From Eledone cirrhosa (lineage: Eukaryota), in contig OZ024754.1 of assembly GCA_964016885.1 (NCBI GenBank), forward strand, positions 8,494,001-8,558,000: DNA of 64,000 nt, in the 5' to 3' direction. The notes beneath the pieces were generated by a model. That model had not been told where the DNA came from. It made no database searches and saw only the letters and a list, made by a program, of their open reading frames with translations. The position numbers and the translations under genes are program-made. Positions 22,046 through 35,400 of this stretch are shown here, piece after piece; within the stretch, counting starts at the first letter, position 1; each line of letters starts with the position of its first letter.

Positions 22046-22771
22046 CCGATGGCGATACAATGAACCCTATAACTACATTAATAGACCCCATGTAAAACCC
22101 CAAGTCCATGTGCCCTGCCCACAAGGTGAGTTGTATGTACATGTGAATGTTGGAATCCCCATCTGTGCCAGTGTGTACACATATATCTATGTGTAATGAT
22201 GTATGTGCGTGTATTTATCTTTTTTTACAAAATTTATATTAGTGGTCAGTGGGATTTAAAATTATGAATTTAGTGGTCTTTGAGGTCCAAGGGGTTGGTG
22301 ATTGCTGATCTAGATATATGTAGATAGGTTTTTATTAGGTCAGTTGATAAGGATGGTATGCGTGGGAAACTGAAAACACCCGTGTGTGGTTTCTTTGTAT
22401 ATGTACTAGTGTGTGTGTTCTGCTAACTACACCAATACAATGCACGACAATATATAAAATATGGCTATGGTCAACTAAGTGAGCTGGACAGAAAACACTT
22501 AAAGCCTGCCACCTCAAAGATTGATCCTGGACTCAAATTGATGCCAAAGCAGATTCTTTACCCTTCATTCCTCACCGTTTAACATTTCATTATCATTTTA
22601 TTTTATTCTCCATATCACATAGGGTCATCTAGATCAGGGTCATCTAGATCAGCGGTCTCCAACCAGTAGTCTGTGGACCACTGGTGGTCCAAGAGAAAAT
22701 TTTGGTGGTCCACAGAAAAATGTTAATGTATTCATCATTTTAAAGAAATTCATATTAGTGATCAGCAGGAT

Positions 22772-23275
22772 TTAACCCTTTAGCATTCACATTACTCTAT
22801 ATATACTATTATATTTTCATGGTAAAGGCTTTACCTCACATAATATCTCACATAACATTTACATTACTCTATATATACTATTGTATTTTCATGGTAAAGG
22901 CTTTACCTCACATAATATCTCACATAACATTCACATTACTCTATATATACTATTGTATTTTCATGGTAAAGGCTTTACCTCACATAATATCTCATGTAAC
23001 ATTCACATTACTCTATATATACTATTGTATTTACATGGTAAATGCTTTACCTTGCATAAATATCTCACATAACATTCACATTACTCTATATATACTATTG
23101 TATTTTCATTGTAAAGGCTTTACCTCACATAATATCGAATCTATGAGATTTTGAAAGTATTTATTTTGAGAACAATACCTTAACATCAGTTTGAGTGACC
23201 AGTTACAGCCAGTTTCAACAGAAAAAGGTAGAGAATTCTGGCCGGTTTTGGCCGGTTTGAACATTAAAGGGTTAA
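22772..23275. mobile_element. piggyBac-type MITE with internal ~72-bp tandem repeats
   Basis: TTAA-CCCTTTAGCATT...TTAAAGGG-TTAA; same family as 30048-30277. Confidence 0.75.
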
Positions 23276-23737
23276 GATTATGAATTTAGTGGTCTTTGGG
23301 GTCCAAAAGGTTGGTGACCACACTGATCTAAATTGGATATAGATAGGTTCTTTATAGGTCAGTTGATAAGGATAGTATGGGTTGTCCACATTTTCAAATG
23401 GTCAAATATTCAGATCACAAGGTTGTGATCTGCATGGTCGACCTAGATAGAACACATTGGTTAAGTGTGAGGTGACAAGGGGCAGGCATCATCAACAACA
23501 GGTGCTTCGCGGCGTCGAGTTACAGCCCTTTATGGTCTGAGTTCAAATCCCGCCGAGGTTAGCTTTGCCCTTCACCTTTACGGGGTCAATGAAATAAAGC
23601 ACCACCAGTAATGCACTGGGGTTGATTTAATCATCTTTCCTCTTCCCAAAAATTGCTGGCCTTGTGCCTAAATCAGAAACCATTATAATGGTACAAATTT
23701 CAATTGTAATTGATTAAGTTTTTTTTTCTTTTTCCAG

Positions 23738-23932
23738 ATATTTTCTGTGGTGTCGTTGGTGTGTTTAACAACATCTGGAAAGCATGAAGGGGGTTACCTC
23801 TCCCTGCCACTATGTTGGCATTTTCGTATCATGGTTTTTATCCTGGTTCTCACATTACTCAGCAGTTTCATTGTCTGGACATTCCATGCTATTGGACTCT
23901 CCAGTGTATTTCCCATCAACTGGTACTTCCTT
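23738..23932 (+). CDS. MARVEL protein exon 2
   Basis: Acceptor TTTTTCCAG|, IFSVVSLVCL..FRIMVFILVLTLLSSFIVW..PINWYFL, donor |GTAAGT; 195 nt, phase 0/0. Confidence 0.85.
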
Positions 23933-24789
23933 GTAAGTACTCCTATTCACAAACTACTGCCTGATTTTTTTTATTTATTCTTGCCTGCTTCTCTCTCTCT
24001 CTCTCTCCCTCCCTCTCTCTCTCCCTCTCTCTCTCCCTCTCTCCCTCTTTATGGAATGGAATCTCCTTCAGAAAATATTCCATTGAACTAATCCCAAATC
24101 TACTGTATTTTAAATATAAATTCAGCGTACCACCTCAATGGTTAGAGAACAACTCTCCCCCACCTCTTTCTTTTACATTCTCATAGCACCTTTGAAGAGG
24201 GGCATTTTACCAAAAATATAACGACCAATGAAATATTTAACTCTAAATGCAGAAGAGCATTCCATCCTACCCATGTCAGCATTTAAAATTGGACATAAAA
24301 ATGATGATATATACCAAGTGTATCTCGGTTTCCATGGTGTTAAGCCACTGAGAATACAAGACTCCTCCCTGGACAGGATGCCAGTCCATCACAGGGTTAA
24401 ACCCCCAGCTACTGCTGGTACATATTTTCAGCTGAGTATACTGGAACAATGTGAAATGAAGTGTTTTGCTCAAGAACACAACACAGTCCAGGAATTGAAC
24501 CCACAACAATGTGGTTGTAAGTCTAACACACTTACCACAAGACCATACACCTGCATATTATAAGTATTATAAGGTTTGGCATCAGGAAGGCATCCGGTTG
24601 TAAAACCTTGTCTCAAAACATCCTGTCAAACCCATGCTAGTATAGAAAAGTGAATGTATTAATGATGGTGATGATGATGATCATCATCATCATCATTTTA
24701 CGTCCGCTTTTCCCTACTTGCAAGGGTGGGACGGCTCCTATTAAGCATGGCATATCGCCATTCGTCACGGTCCTTTGTCAACTCCGTGA

Positions 24790-25135
24790 GCTTCAGCGAT
24801 CTGAGGTCCACTCACACCACCTGTGCCCATGTTTTTCGTGGTCTTCCTTCTACTGGGAATGTTTGGCACTTCTTTACCCAGCTGTCATCTTCCATGCGCA
24901 TCACTGTGTCCAAACCAACGCAGTCTTCTCTCCCGCATACTACAGCTTATCCCTCTTACACAAAGTTTCTCTCTCAACTCATCTATACTTGGTCTTTCAC
25001 ACACATTGACATTGCACATCCAACGGAGCATGCTTGCTTCATTTCTCTCCAGCCATCGCATATCCTCCACATTTTTCTGCCCATGTCTCCACTACAATGC
25101 AGCATCGCGCATCTCACACAAGCATCATATAACCG
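24790..25135 (-). mobile_element. RTE-clade LINE 3' fragment
   Basis: LERNEASMLRWMC..ELREKL..MRERRLRWFGH. Confidence 0.8.
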
Positions 25136-25206
25136 ACCTTTCGTTGATGATGATGTTAATTTGTTTACCTTTTGTAAATATATTTTTCTCCTCCTCCTCT
25201 ACACAG

Positions 25207-25341
25207 GACATGATTGCATACTCCATTTTTGCATTCCTCTACCTTGTCGGATCTTCTCTGGTGGCCAGTGCATCTGATTTCTATGAGAAAATGCATGTGG
25301 GAGTCTCTCACCAGACTATACAACAACTGATCCTATCAGTG
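25207..25341 (+). CDS. MARVEL protein exon 3
   Basis: Pyrimidine tract then ACACAG|, DMIAYSIFAFLYLVGSSLVA..QQLILSV, donor |GTAAGT; 135 nt, phase 0/0. Confidence 0.85.
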
Positions 25342-25702
25342 GTAAGTCTTTAACTTTTCAATATGTATGTATGCAAGGGCCTTGTTTCAGGGGGTACCAG
25401 GGGACAAGCCCCCCACCCCACGTTCAATGGATGAGGGACCACAGTAAGTAAGGTATTCAATACATTAGTAGAGTGTATACAACAAAATTTTTCCTGATGA
25501 TTTCTATATTATATATATTATATATATATATATATGTATATTATATATATATATATATGTATATTATATATATATATATATGTATATTATATATATATAT
25601 ATGTATATTATATATATATATATTTCTATATCATCATGATGATAATATGTATATATATATATATATATATACACACACTTTTTCCTGATGATTTCTATAT
25701 TA

Positions 25703-25746
<44 letters not shown>

Positions 25747-25768
25747 TATATATATATATATATATATG

Positions 25769-25873
<105 letters not shown>

Positions 25874-26111
25874 TATATATATATATATTTCTATATCATC
25901 ATGATGATAATATGTATGTATATATATATATATACACACACACACATATATATATATACACACATACATATATATATATATATACACACATATATATATA
26001 TACATATACACACACACATATATAAATATACACACATATATATATATATATATACACATATATATATATATATACACACACACATATATATATATATACA
26101 CATATATATAT

Positions 26112-26146
<35 letters not shown>

Positions 26147-26617
26147 CACGCACATATATATATATATATACAAACCTGCTCACTGACATTTCACTGTCCA
26201 CTCCCACCTTATTCAATATTTCATGATTTCCTTTGTCTCTCTTCTTAATGACTTTATCTCATTATTTATTCATATTCAGAAGAGACCGAACAGATATAAT
26301 ACTGACACTAGTCTAACTAGTGTGTTGATATCTCAAAGGTTTTCTCTGTTACACTTTAACATATATATATATATATATATATGGGAGCCCCTACACGGAC
26401 TTACTAGGTGAGGGAGACCAAGATGACATATGTTGATGGCCTAAGGACAGATACTAGTCTCTGAGAGACATGAGACATAGTAGCAATGATAAAGGACAGA
26501 GACTGTTGGAGAGAACTCGTCCATTGATCTTGGGAATTTTATCCGCCCTAGATATAAATATATATATATGTATATCATCATCATCATTTAACGTCCATTT
26601 TCCAGGCTAGCATGGGT

Positions 26618-26650
<33 letters not shown>

Positions 26651-27447
26651 ATATATATATATAATAGTAATAATAATTGTTTCTACTTTAGGCACAAGTC
26701 CAGCAATAACCCAGTGTATTACTGGTACTTTATTTTATCGACCCCGTAAGCATGAATATAATAGTAATAATAATAATAATAAATGTGAAGACCAAAATCC
26801 AAAGAGGGCTCGATAAGGAAATATATATCAAATATATAAGAACCGTAGAAGATTCTGTTAAGGGTGAAAGCAGCGATTCTTTGCTTAAACTTTAATCTGT
26901 TATTTTAATATATATATATATAATAAGGAGTTGACGGACCCAGCATATTTATCAATGCCAGTACCGGTTGTATCTCAGCGTACTCAATAGGCAATGTAAG
27001 ATACATTCCCAGAGTATACACATAGTTATTCGCTTCAATACAACACACGTAAAACGGGTGCCTATAATAGTTCCCGAACTCGAGTTTCAGCAGCACTTAA
27101 TGTAGCAATAAGGTGCACTGCACCCTCCGTCTGCATATATTATGCAACCATGCATAATCAGCTTATGCAGCTTCATCAGCGGGTATCGCTGCCTAATCAA
27201 TAACCAATCTATCGACAGAATCCAAACCCAGCCCATGCCGGTCATGACTGTTTGTGACAACCGACACGGTAAAGCGATTAGCAACTGGAATCCGATACAA
27301 CTCTGTCCTTCGACTTGCCACCGATTTACAAATTTGATGTGGTGGCAGGAGAATAGAAAACAAATCTTTTCGTTCCCGTCAAAAGCTCTCAGCCAACGTG
27401 TCTCACACACAAATTATTAAGATGTGAAAGGATGGTTTTTAGAAATA

Positions 27448-27480
<33 letters not shown>

Positions 27481-27482
<2 letters not shown>

Positions 27483-28012
27483 CATAAATGAATTGAGAGA
27501 GAGACTGAGCATAAGAGGAATCAAATGCTGTGTGCAGGAGAGGCGGTTGCGTTGGTATGGACATGTGATGCGTATGAAGGATGACAGCTGCATAAAAAGG
27601 TGCAGAGCACTAGAAGTCGATGGAAACCGCGGAGTGGGGAGACCCAAGATGACCTGGGATGAGGTGATAAAAGCCGACCTTACCCAATTACACCTCTCAA
27701 AGGCAATGACACACGACCGTGACCTCTGGCAAGTGACCCCCCACCGCAAGGTGTTCGTGGAGGTGCCACGGCAAAAAAGCACCCAGCCCACACTGTAAAG
27801 CGGACGTGTAGGTGCCACGAAAAAGCACCCAGCACTCACTGTAAATGAGGTTGGTGTTAGGAAGGGCATCCAGCTGTAGAAATCAAGCCAAATTAGTTCC
27901 TGTATGAGCAAGGCATGGTCAGCCGACCAGACACTGCCCACAACAGGACAACCCGTCTAATCCATGCTAGCGTGGAAGAACGGACGTAAAACGGTGATGA
28001 TGATGATGATGA
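27481..28012 (+). mobile_element. RTE-clade LINE 3' fragment with (GAT)n tail
   Basis: ERRLRWYGHVMRM..GRPKMTWDEVIKADL; ends in a TGATGATG tail. Related tail sequences on - at ~20825-21050 and 28505-28760. Confidence 0.8.
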
Positions 28013-28503
28013 TATATATATATATATAGGTAAATATTTATATTATATTTTTTAATTTGGATTAATTTTGATTTATTTTGAAAAATTAATTGAATTTTTA
28101 CTTGTTCTGCTTATCTTGATATATATATATCTATATATATATAGTCAGGTCACTCTCGACTGCTACTAGTAACATGTCATAAGCCAGTACAACCTGTCTC
28201 ATGGTCGGGTCATCGGCGACTAAACCAGCAACCCCACCAATTGCTTGGTGAGGAGGGTGATATTTAGACACTCTGCCGGATGAACTACAAGACCCCGCAA
28301 AGGGAGGAGGAACTCAGTAGAGTCAACAGCCATCCAAATATTTTTTTTTATTTTTTTTATTTGCCCACCGGTCATCGTCCATGCGTATCACATGTCCATA
28401 CCAGCGCAGTCTTCTCTCTCGCAGACTACAGTTTTTCCTTCTTATATAGTTTCTCTCTCAACTACTCTATGAAAATAAATATTTATAACAAATGTCATCA
28501 TCC

Positions 28504-28536
<33 letters not shown>

Positions 28537-29117
28537 GTTTAACGTCCATCTTCCACGCTTGCATGGGTTTGGACGGGAATTTTCCCACTTGAGGCAAGAG
28601 TGGTTGTCTCGCTCGCATAGGACTGTCTGGCGGGTTTTCTACGGATGGATGCCCTTCCTAACACCAACCACGTTTACAGTGTGGACTGGGAGGTTTTTAC
28701 CGTGTTACCTACACGGCCACATTACAGCGTGGACTGTGTGTTTTTTTGTCGTGACACCTACACGACCTCATTTGTTTCGGACTGGATGTTGTGGTACCAA
28801 CATAACTTTACATTGAAAGGGGTGGTGTGGATGGGGTGGGGTAGTGGGACGGGGGTGTATTTTGTTAGAGGTGCCTACTGACTGTAGTAGGTTTCACTTT
28901 GTACTTAGGTAAGGCGGGTCTTCTGTATTACTGTGTAGCGCCAAAGATCTCGGTCCAGTGACATTGTCTTGAAGAGGTGTAAGTGTGTGAGGTCGGAATT
29001 TATCAAGTCATCCCAGGTTTTTCTGGGTCTGCCTACTCCGTGGCTACCGTCTATTTTTATTGCCCTGCACTTTTTTATACAGCTTTTTTATCCTTATCTT
29101 GTTGTTTATCGTTCTAG

Positions 29118-29243
29118 ATAATTGGTTACATCTGTTTATTCTTGTATGGAACAACAGCAGTGATTGGTTACCGACATTGGAGAATACAACTAAAACAGTA
29201 CCAACACAGGAAATTACTGGAAGATGATAACTTTGAGGTGTAA
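29118..29243 (+). CDS. MARVEL protein exon 4 (terminal)
   Basis: Acceptor GTTCTAG|, IIGYICLFLYGTTAVIGYRHWRIQLKQYQHRKLLEDDNFEV*; supplies the fourth hydrophobic helix. Spliced product about 542 aa. Confidence 0.8.
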   Translation: MIGYICLFLYGTTAVIGYRHWRIQLKQYQHRKLLEDDNFEV

Positions 29244-29316
29244 TCTAATTAGAGACATACAGACACACAATGGCGATTAGCCTGAATACAGAAGAAAGTT
29301 TAGAGACACACAGACA

Positions 29317-29729
29317 GAGGATCAGCTGAGAAGTTCATAGGCTGACCAACTGAGGTTAATTTTTCAAAATAGTCCCTGGCAACAAAATAATGCACTTGAA
29401 ATTGATCCATGCAAAATTTCACAGCTCTAACATCACTCCTTCATAGGCTGACCAAGATACTCTCATGGAATGACCAAATGAGATATATTTTTCAACATAG
29501 TCCCTAGAAAGAATCAATGCAGTTATTAATAAGAAGTGTTGAAATTGATGCATGCAAGATTTCACAGCTCTAGCATCAATCCTTCATAGGCTGACCAAGA
29601 TACTCTCATGAAATGACCAAATGAGGTTAATTTTTCAACATAGTCCCTGGCAAAAAACATAATACATAGATTTCACAGCTCTAGCATCAATCCTTCATAG
29701 TCAGCCAATGAACTTTTCAGTCGACCCTC
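29317..29729. mobile_element. Tc1/mariner-like MITE with internal repeats, just downstream of the MARVEL stop codon
   Basis: Imperfect TIRs GAGGATCAGCTGAGAAGTTCATAGGCTGAC / GTCAGCCAATGAACTTTTCAGTCGACCCTC; internal repeats of CATAGGCTGACCAA. Confidence 0.6.
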
Positions 29730-30047
29730 ATATCCGAGAAAGAGGAGAAAATGGACCATAACTTATTATTTTCATGTCAGAAATCATCAACTCACGCCAT
29801 TTTTATCAACCATCAACTTTATCTTTCCTCCTTTTAGGATCGATAAAGCGTACCAGTCATATACTGGAGTCAATCAATCTAATCAACTGTCCACTCACTC
29901 CAAAATTGCTGGCCTTGTACCTAAATAAGACACCATCATTATTATAATTATTTATTATATGACCACTAACACTAACAAGTTTTTAATTCATGCCTACACC
30001 TGACATTTCCCCCAACCTTTCCAAGAAAAAAAAAATTACAAAGTAGA

Positions 30048-30277
30048 TTAACCCTTTAGCATTTACATTACTCTATATATACTATTGTATTTTTGTGGTA
30101 AAGGCTTTACCTTACATATTTATCTCACATAATATTGAATCTATGAGATTTTGATGTTAATTATTTTGAGAACAATGCCTTAACATCAGTATGAGCAGCC
30201 AGTTACAGACGGTTTGAACAGAAAGAGGTGCGAGAACTCTGGGCCAGATATGGCTGGTTTAAATGCTAAAGGGTTAA
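30048..30277. mobile_element. piggyBac-type MITE
   Basis: TTAA target duplications and perfect 14-bp TIRs CCCTTTAGCATTTA / TAAATGCTAAAGGG. Confidence 0.85.
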
Positions 30278-30584
30278 CTAATGCTCCAGGTTGCTTTGAT
30301 TAGAGCAGTGTTTCTCAACCTTTATTTTTTCCATGACCCTCCCTTTAATTTTCCAAAACAATGTGTATTCCACTATGATTGGACAAAGTTAGTTCATAGC
30401 ATAATACATAGTATAGTACATAGTATAGTATAGATGGTGAATTGGGTGAGTCGTTAGAACATTGGAGAGAATGCTTTGTGAGATTTGTTCCAGCTCTTTG
30501 CTCCCTAAATCCTGTTGAGGTAAACTTTGCCTTTCATCCTTTCAAGGTCGATAAATAAAGTACCAGGAGTTGATTCTTCTAGAT

Positions 30585-30618
<34 letters not shown>

Positions 30619-30627
30619 CTATCTCTT

Positions 30628-30658
<31 letters not shown>

Positions 30659-31337
30659 GACACACATACACTCAGTCTTTCTCACACATTCTCTCTCTCT
30701 TTGTGCCTCTGACTCTCTAGCTGTCTTCTCTCTCTCACGCACACACTCTCACTCTCTCACACACACACACACATACATTCTCTCTCTCTCTCTCATTGTA
30801 TGGAAGAAATCACTTGTGTTCAGACCTGGAGAGGGGATGGGCTCTGTCAGGTTTAAAATGTCCAATCATACTCTACATCATGATAGTGGCCGCCATGATT
30901 CACTTGAGAGTTATAGGTCCAGCCATCCATCCATACATACATAGTATAGTATATATGCCACCCAGCCTCTCTTCACCCCGAGAAACGCTGGATTAGATCA
31001 TTACTTTGTCAGTTAATGATGACATCTAGCTCAGGCTTCTAGTTGTAGACTGAAATCAAGTCTTACATCCTCAGTTTTTAGGAACTCAATACCTTTTCCC
31101 AGGTAGACTAATATGCTAGTGTTAAAAAAAATACGTTAACATTTGTTCATTGTCATATAAACACTTCATTAGGTCAACCTAATTCTATCAGAATCTTAAA
31201 CACATAAAACTATTTCAAGACATTTTTCAGTTTTTTTATGACTTTATTTTTCATTGGGTTTCAAAAAGAAGGTAAATGATTTTAAATATTGTGTTGTTTT
31301 GTTATTTATTTAATCCATTTGTTACCCTGGCTGAAAC

Positions 31338-31509
31338 CAGTGCTGGATTTATGACAAATGAGGCCCTGTGCTAGTTAAGTTATGAGGCCCCTTACTTGAG
31401 CCCTGAATGAGGTAAAATAATTTTTGGGTAGGAAGATGGGTTCCCCACTTTCTGGTCAACGGGGGCCTATGCTTAAACACACCTAAACACAATGGTAAAT
31501 CTGGCACTG
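31338..31509. mobile_element. Short MITE
   Basis: Imperfect TIRs CAGTGCTGGATTTA / TAAATCTGGCACTG; no clean TSD. Confidence 0.5.
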
Positions 31510-32417
31510 GTCAAAACACTCGCTTGAGGTGGGTTTCTTCTCTGAAGACCTTATGCTGGCCATATATATATATATAAAATATTGTCTAACCAATGCTAGC
31601 ATGGAAGATGGACGTTAAACGATGATGATGATGATTATATATATATATACATTGGATTTTCACCCTGAAACAGGATACCAACCCAGAGTGTACCTGAACT
31701 TCCACCAGGAAATCTTTGTCTCACTGAAATTGTCTTATCTTCTTATTTATTTATATATACAGATATATACTCACATGCACATAAAGATACAAACATACGC
31801 TAGCAAGAATATGCTGGAAACTAAAGATTCTCAATAAAACTCTTGATAATCTGTGATTGAGACCAATTCTTATTTTATATCAACATTTCTTAGATTAACA
31901 AATGTATGTGTGAGAGAGGGGGAGAGAACGGGAGGGGGAGAACGGGAGAGGGAGAACGAGAGAGGGGGAGAATGAGAGGGAAGGAATAAGAGAATGGAAA
32001 GAAAGGATAGAGAGAATTGAGTGGAAGAGAGAAAGAATTGAGAGAGGGTGGGGGCAAAGAGTAAGAGAGGAGAGAGAGAACAAGTAGAGAGGGGAAAGTT
32101 TGAGAGAGATTGAAGAGGAGAAGAGAGAGATAAAGAGGGAAATAATAAAAGAGGTAAAAGAGAGAAAAGAGAGAGTTTATAAAGAGGGAAATAGTAAGAG
32201 AGCTGTAGGAGAGAAGTAAAGAGTAAGAGAGATAAAGATGAAAGTAAGAGAGAGGTAAAAGAGGAGAGAGACAGAAGTTAATAGTGAGAGAGGGGTTAAA
32301 TAGATAAAAAGGAGAGAGAAATAATGAGTGAAAGAGGAGAGAGAGAGAGAGTGTGCGTCAGTGAGGAATAAGTGTAGTAATTCATCAGTTGCTGACGTCA
32401 TCAGACCATCATGTCAA

Positions 32418-35400
32418 CCTAGCTAGGCTTGTTACCAAGGATTTCATCACAACTAATTAAACCAACCTTACTTCCATCTCCCTACATTCCTAGCTAGGCT
32501 TGTTACCAACGTTGACATCACAACTAATTAAACCAACCTTACTTCCATCTCCCTACATTCCTAGCTAGACTTGTTACCAACGATGACATCACAACTAATT
32601 AAACCAACCTTACTTCCATCTCCCTACATTCCTAGCTAGACTTGTTACCAACGATGACATCACAACTAATTAAACCAACCTTACTTCCATCTCCCTACAT
32701 TCCTAGCTAGACTTGTTACCAAGGATGTCATCACAACTAATTAAACCAACCTTACTTCCATCTCCCTACATTCCTAGCTAGACTTGTTACCAAGGATGTC
32801 ATCACAACTAATTAAACCAACCTTCCATCTCCCTACATTCCTAGCTAGACTTGTTACCAACGATGACATCACAACTAATTAAACCAACCTTACTTCCATC
32901 TCCCTACATTCCTAGCTAGACTTGTTACCAAGGATGTCATCACAACTAATTAAACCAACCTTACTTCCATCTCCCTACATTCCTAGCTAGACTTGTTACC
33001 AAGGATGTCATCACAACTAATTAAACCAACCTTACTTCCATCTCCCTACATTCCTAGCTAGACTTGTTACCAACGATGACATCACAACTAATTAAACCAA
33101 CCTTACTTCCATCTCCCTACATTCCTAGCTAGACTTGTTACCAAGGATGTCATCACAACTAATTAAACCAACCTTACTTCCATCTCCCTACATTCCTAGC
33201 TAGGCTTGTTACCAACGTTGACATCACAACTAATTAAACCAACCTTACTTCCATCTCCCTACATTCCTAGCTAGACTTGTTACCAAGGATGTCATCACAA
33301 CTAATTAAACCAACCTTACTTCCATCTCCCTACATTCCTAGCTAGGCTTGTTACCAACGTTGACATCACAACTAATTAAACCAACCTTACTTCCATCTCC
33401 CTACATTCCTAGCTAGGCTTGTTACCAACGTTGACATCACAACTAATTAAACCAACCTTACTTCCATCTCCCTACATTCCTAGCTAGGCTTGTTACCAAC
33501 GTTGACATCACAACTAATTAAACCAACCTTACTTCCATCTCCCTACATTCCTAGCTAGACTTGTTACCAACGTTGACATCACAACTAATTAAACCAACCT
33601 TACTTCCATCTCCCTACATTCCTAGCTAGACTTGTTACCAAGGATGTCATCACAACTAATTAAACCAACCTTACTTCCATCTCCCTACATTCCTAGCTAG
33701 ACTTGTTACCAACGTTGACATCACAACTAATTAAACCAACCTTACTTCCATCTCCCTACATTCCTAGCTAGACTTGTTACCAAGGATGTCATCACAACTA
33801 ATTAAACCAACCTTACTTCCATCTCCCTACATTCCTAGCTAGACTTGTTACCAAGGATGTCATCACAACTAATTAAACCAACCTTACTTCCATCTCCCTA
33901 CATTCCTAGCTAGGCTTGTTACCAACGTTGACATCACAACTAATTAAACCAACCTTACTTCCATCTCCCTACATTCCTAGCTAGGCTTGTTACCAACGTT
34001 GACATCACAACTAATTAAACCAACCTTACTTCCATCTCCCTACATTCCTAGCTAGGCTTGTTACCAACGTTGACATCACAACTAATTAAACCAACCTTAC
34101 TTCCATCTCCCTACATTCCTAGCTAGGCTTGTTACCAACGTTGACATCACAACTAATTAAACCAACCTTACTTCCATCTCCCTACATTCCTAGCTAGACT
34201 TGTTACCAAGGATGTCATCACAACTAATTAAACCAACCTTACTTCCATCTCCCTACATTCCTAGCTAGGCTTGTTACCAACGTTGACATCACAACTAATT
34301 AAACCAACCTTACTTCCATCTCCCTACATTCCTAGCTAGGCTTGTTACCAACGTTGACATCACAACTAATTAAACCAACCTTACTTCCATCTCCCTACAT
34401 TCCTAGCTAGGCTTGTTACCAACGTTGACATCACAACTAATTAAACCAACCTTACTTCCATCTCCCTACATTCCTAGCTAGGCTTGTTACCAACGATGAC
34501 ATCACAACTAATTAAACCAACCTTACTTCCATCTCCCTACATTCCTAGCTAGACTTGTTACCAAGGATGTCATCACAACTAATTAAACCAACCTTACTTC
34601 CATCTCCCTACATTCCTAGCTAGACTTGTTACCAAGGATGTCATCACAACTAATTAAACCAACCTTACTTCCATCTCCCTACATTCCTAGCTAGACTTGT
34701 TACCAACGATGACATCACAACTAATTAAACCAACCTTACTTCCATCTCCCTACATTCCTAGCTAGACTTGTTACCAAGGATGTCATCACAACTAATTAAA
34801 CCAACCTTACTTCCATCTCCCTACATTCCTAGCTAGGCTTGTTACCAACGTTGACATCACAACTAATTAAACCAACCTTACTTCCATCTCCCTACATTCC
34901 TAGCTAGACTTGTTACCAAGGATGTCATCACAACTAATTAAACCAACCTTACTTCCATCTCCCTACATTCCTAGCTAGGCTTGTTACCAACGTTGACATC
35001 ACAACTAATTAAACCAACCTTACTTCCATCTCCCTACATTCCTAGCTAGGCTTGTTACCAACGTTGACATCACAACTAATTAAACCAACCTTACTTCCAT
35101 CTCCCTACATTCCTAGCTAGGCTTGTTACCAACGTTGACATCACAACTAATTAAACCAACCTTACTTCCATCTCCCTACATTCCTAGCTAGACTTGTTAC
35201 CAACGTTGACATCACAACTAATTAAACCAACCTTACTTCCATCTCCCTACATTCCTAGCTAGACTTGTTACCAAGGATGTCATCACAACTAATTAAACCA
35301 ACCTTACTTCCATCTCCCTACATTCCTAGCTAGACTTGTTACCAACGTTGACATCACAACTAATTAAACCAACCTTACTTCCATCTCCCTACATTCCTAG

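Noticed and set aside
26925-27450. Non-repetitive island with short ORFs on both strands
   Set aside because: No recognisable protein motif or convincing exon boundaries; probably an unclassified repeat fragment in intron 3.
28145-28337. GC-richer segment resembling an RTE 5' UTR, possibly with an HDV-like ribozyme
   Set aside because: I could not assign the nested double-pseudoknot by eye; it needs a structure-descriptor search.
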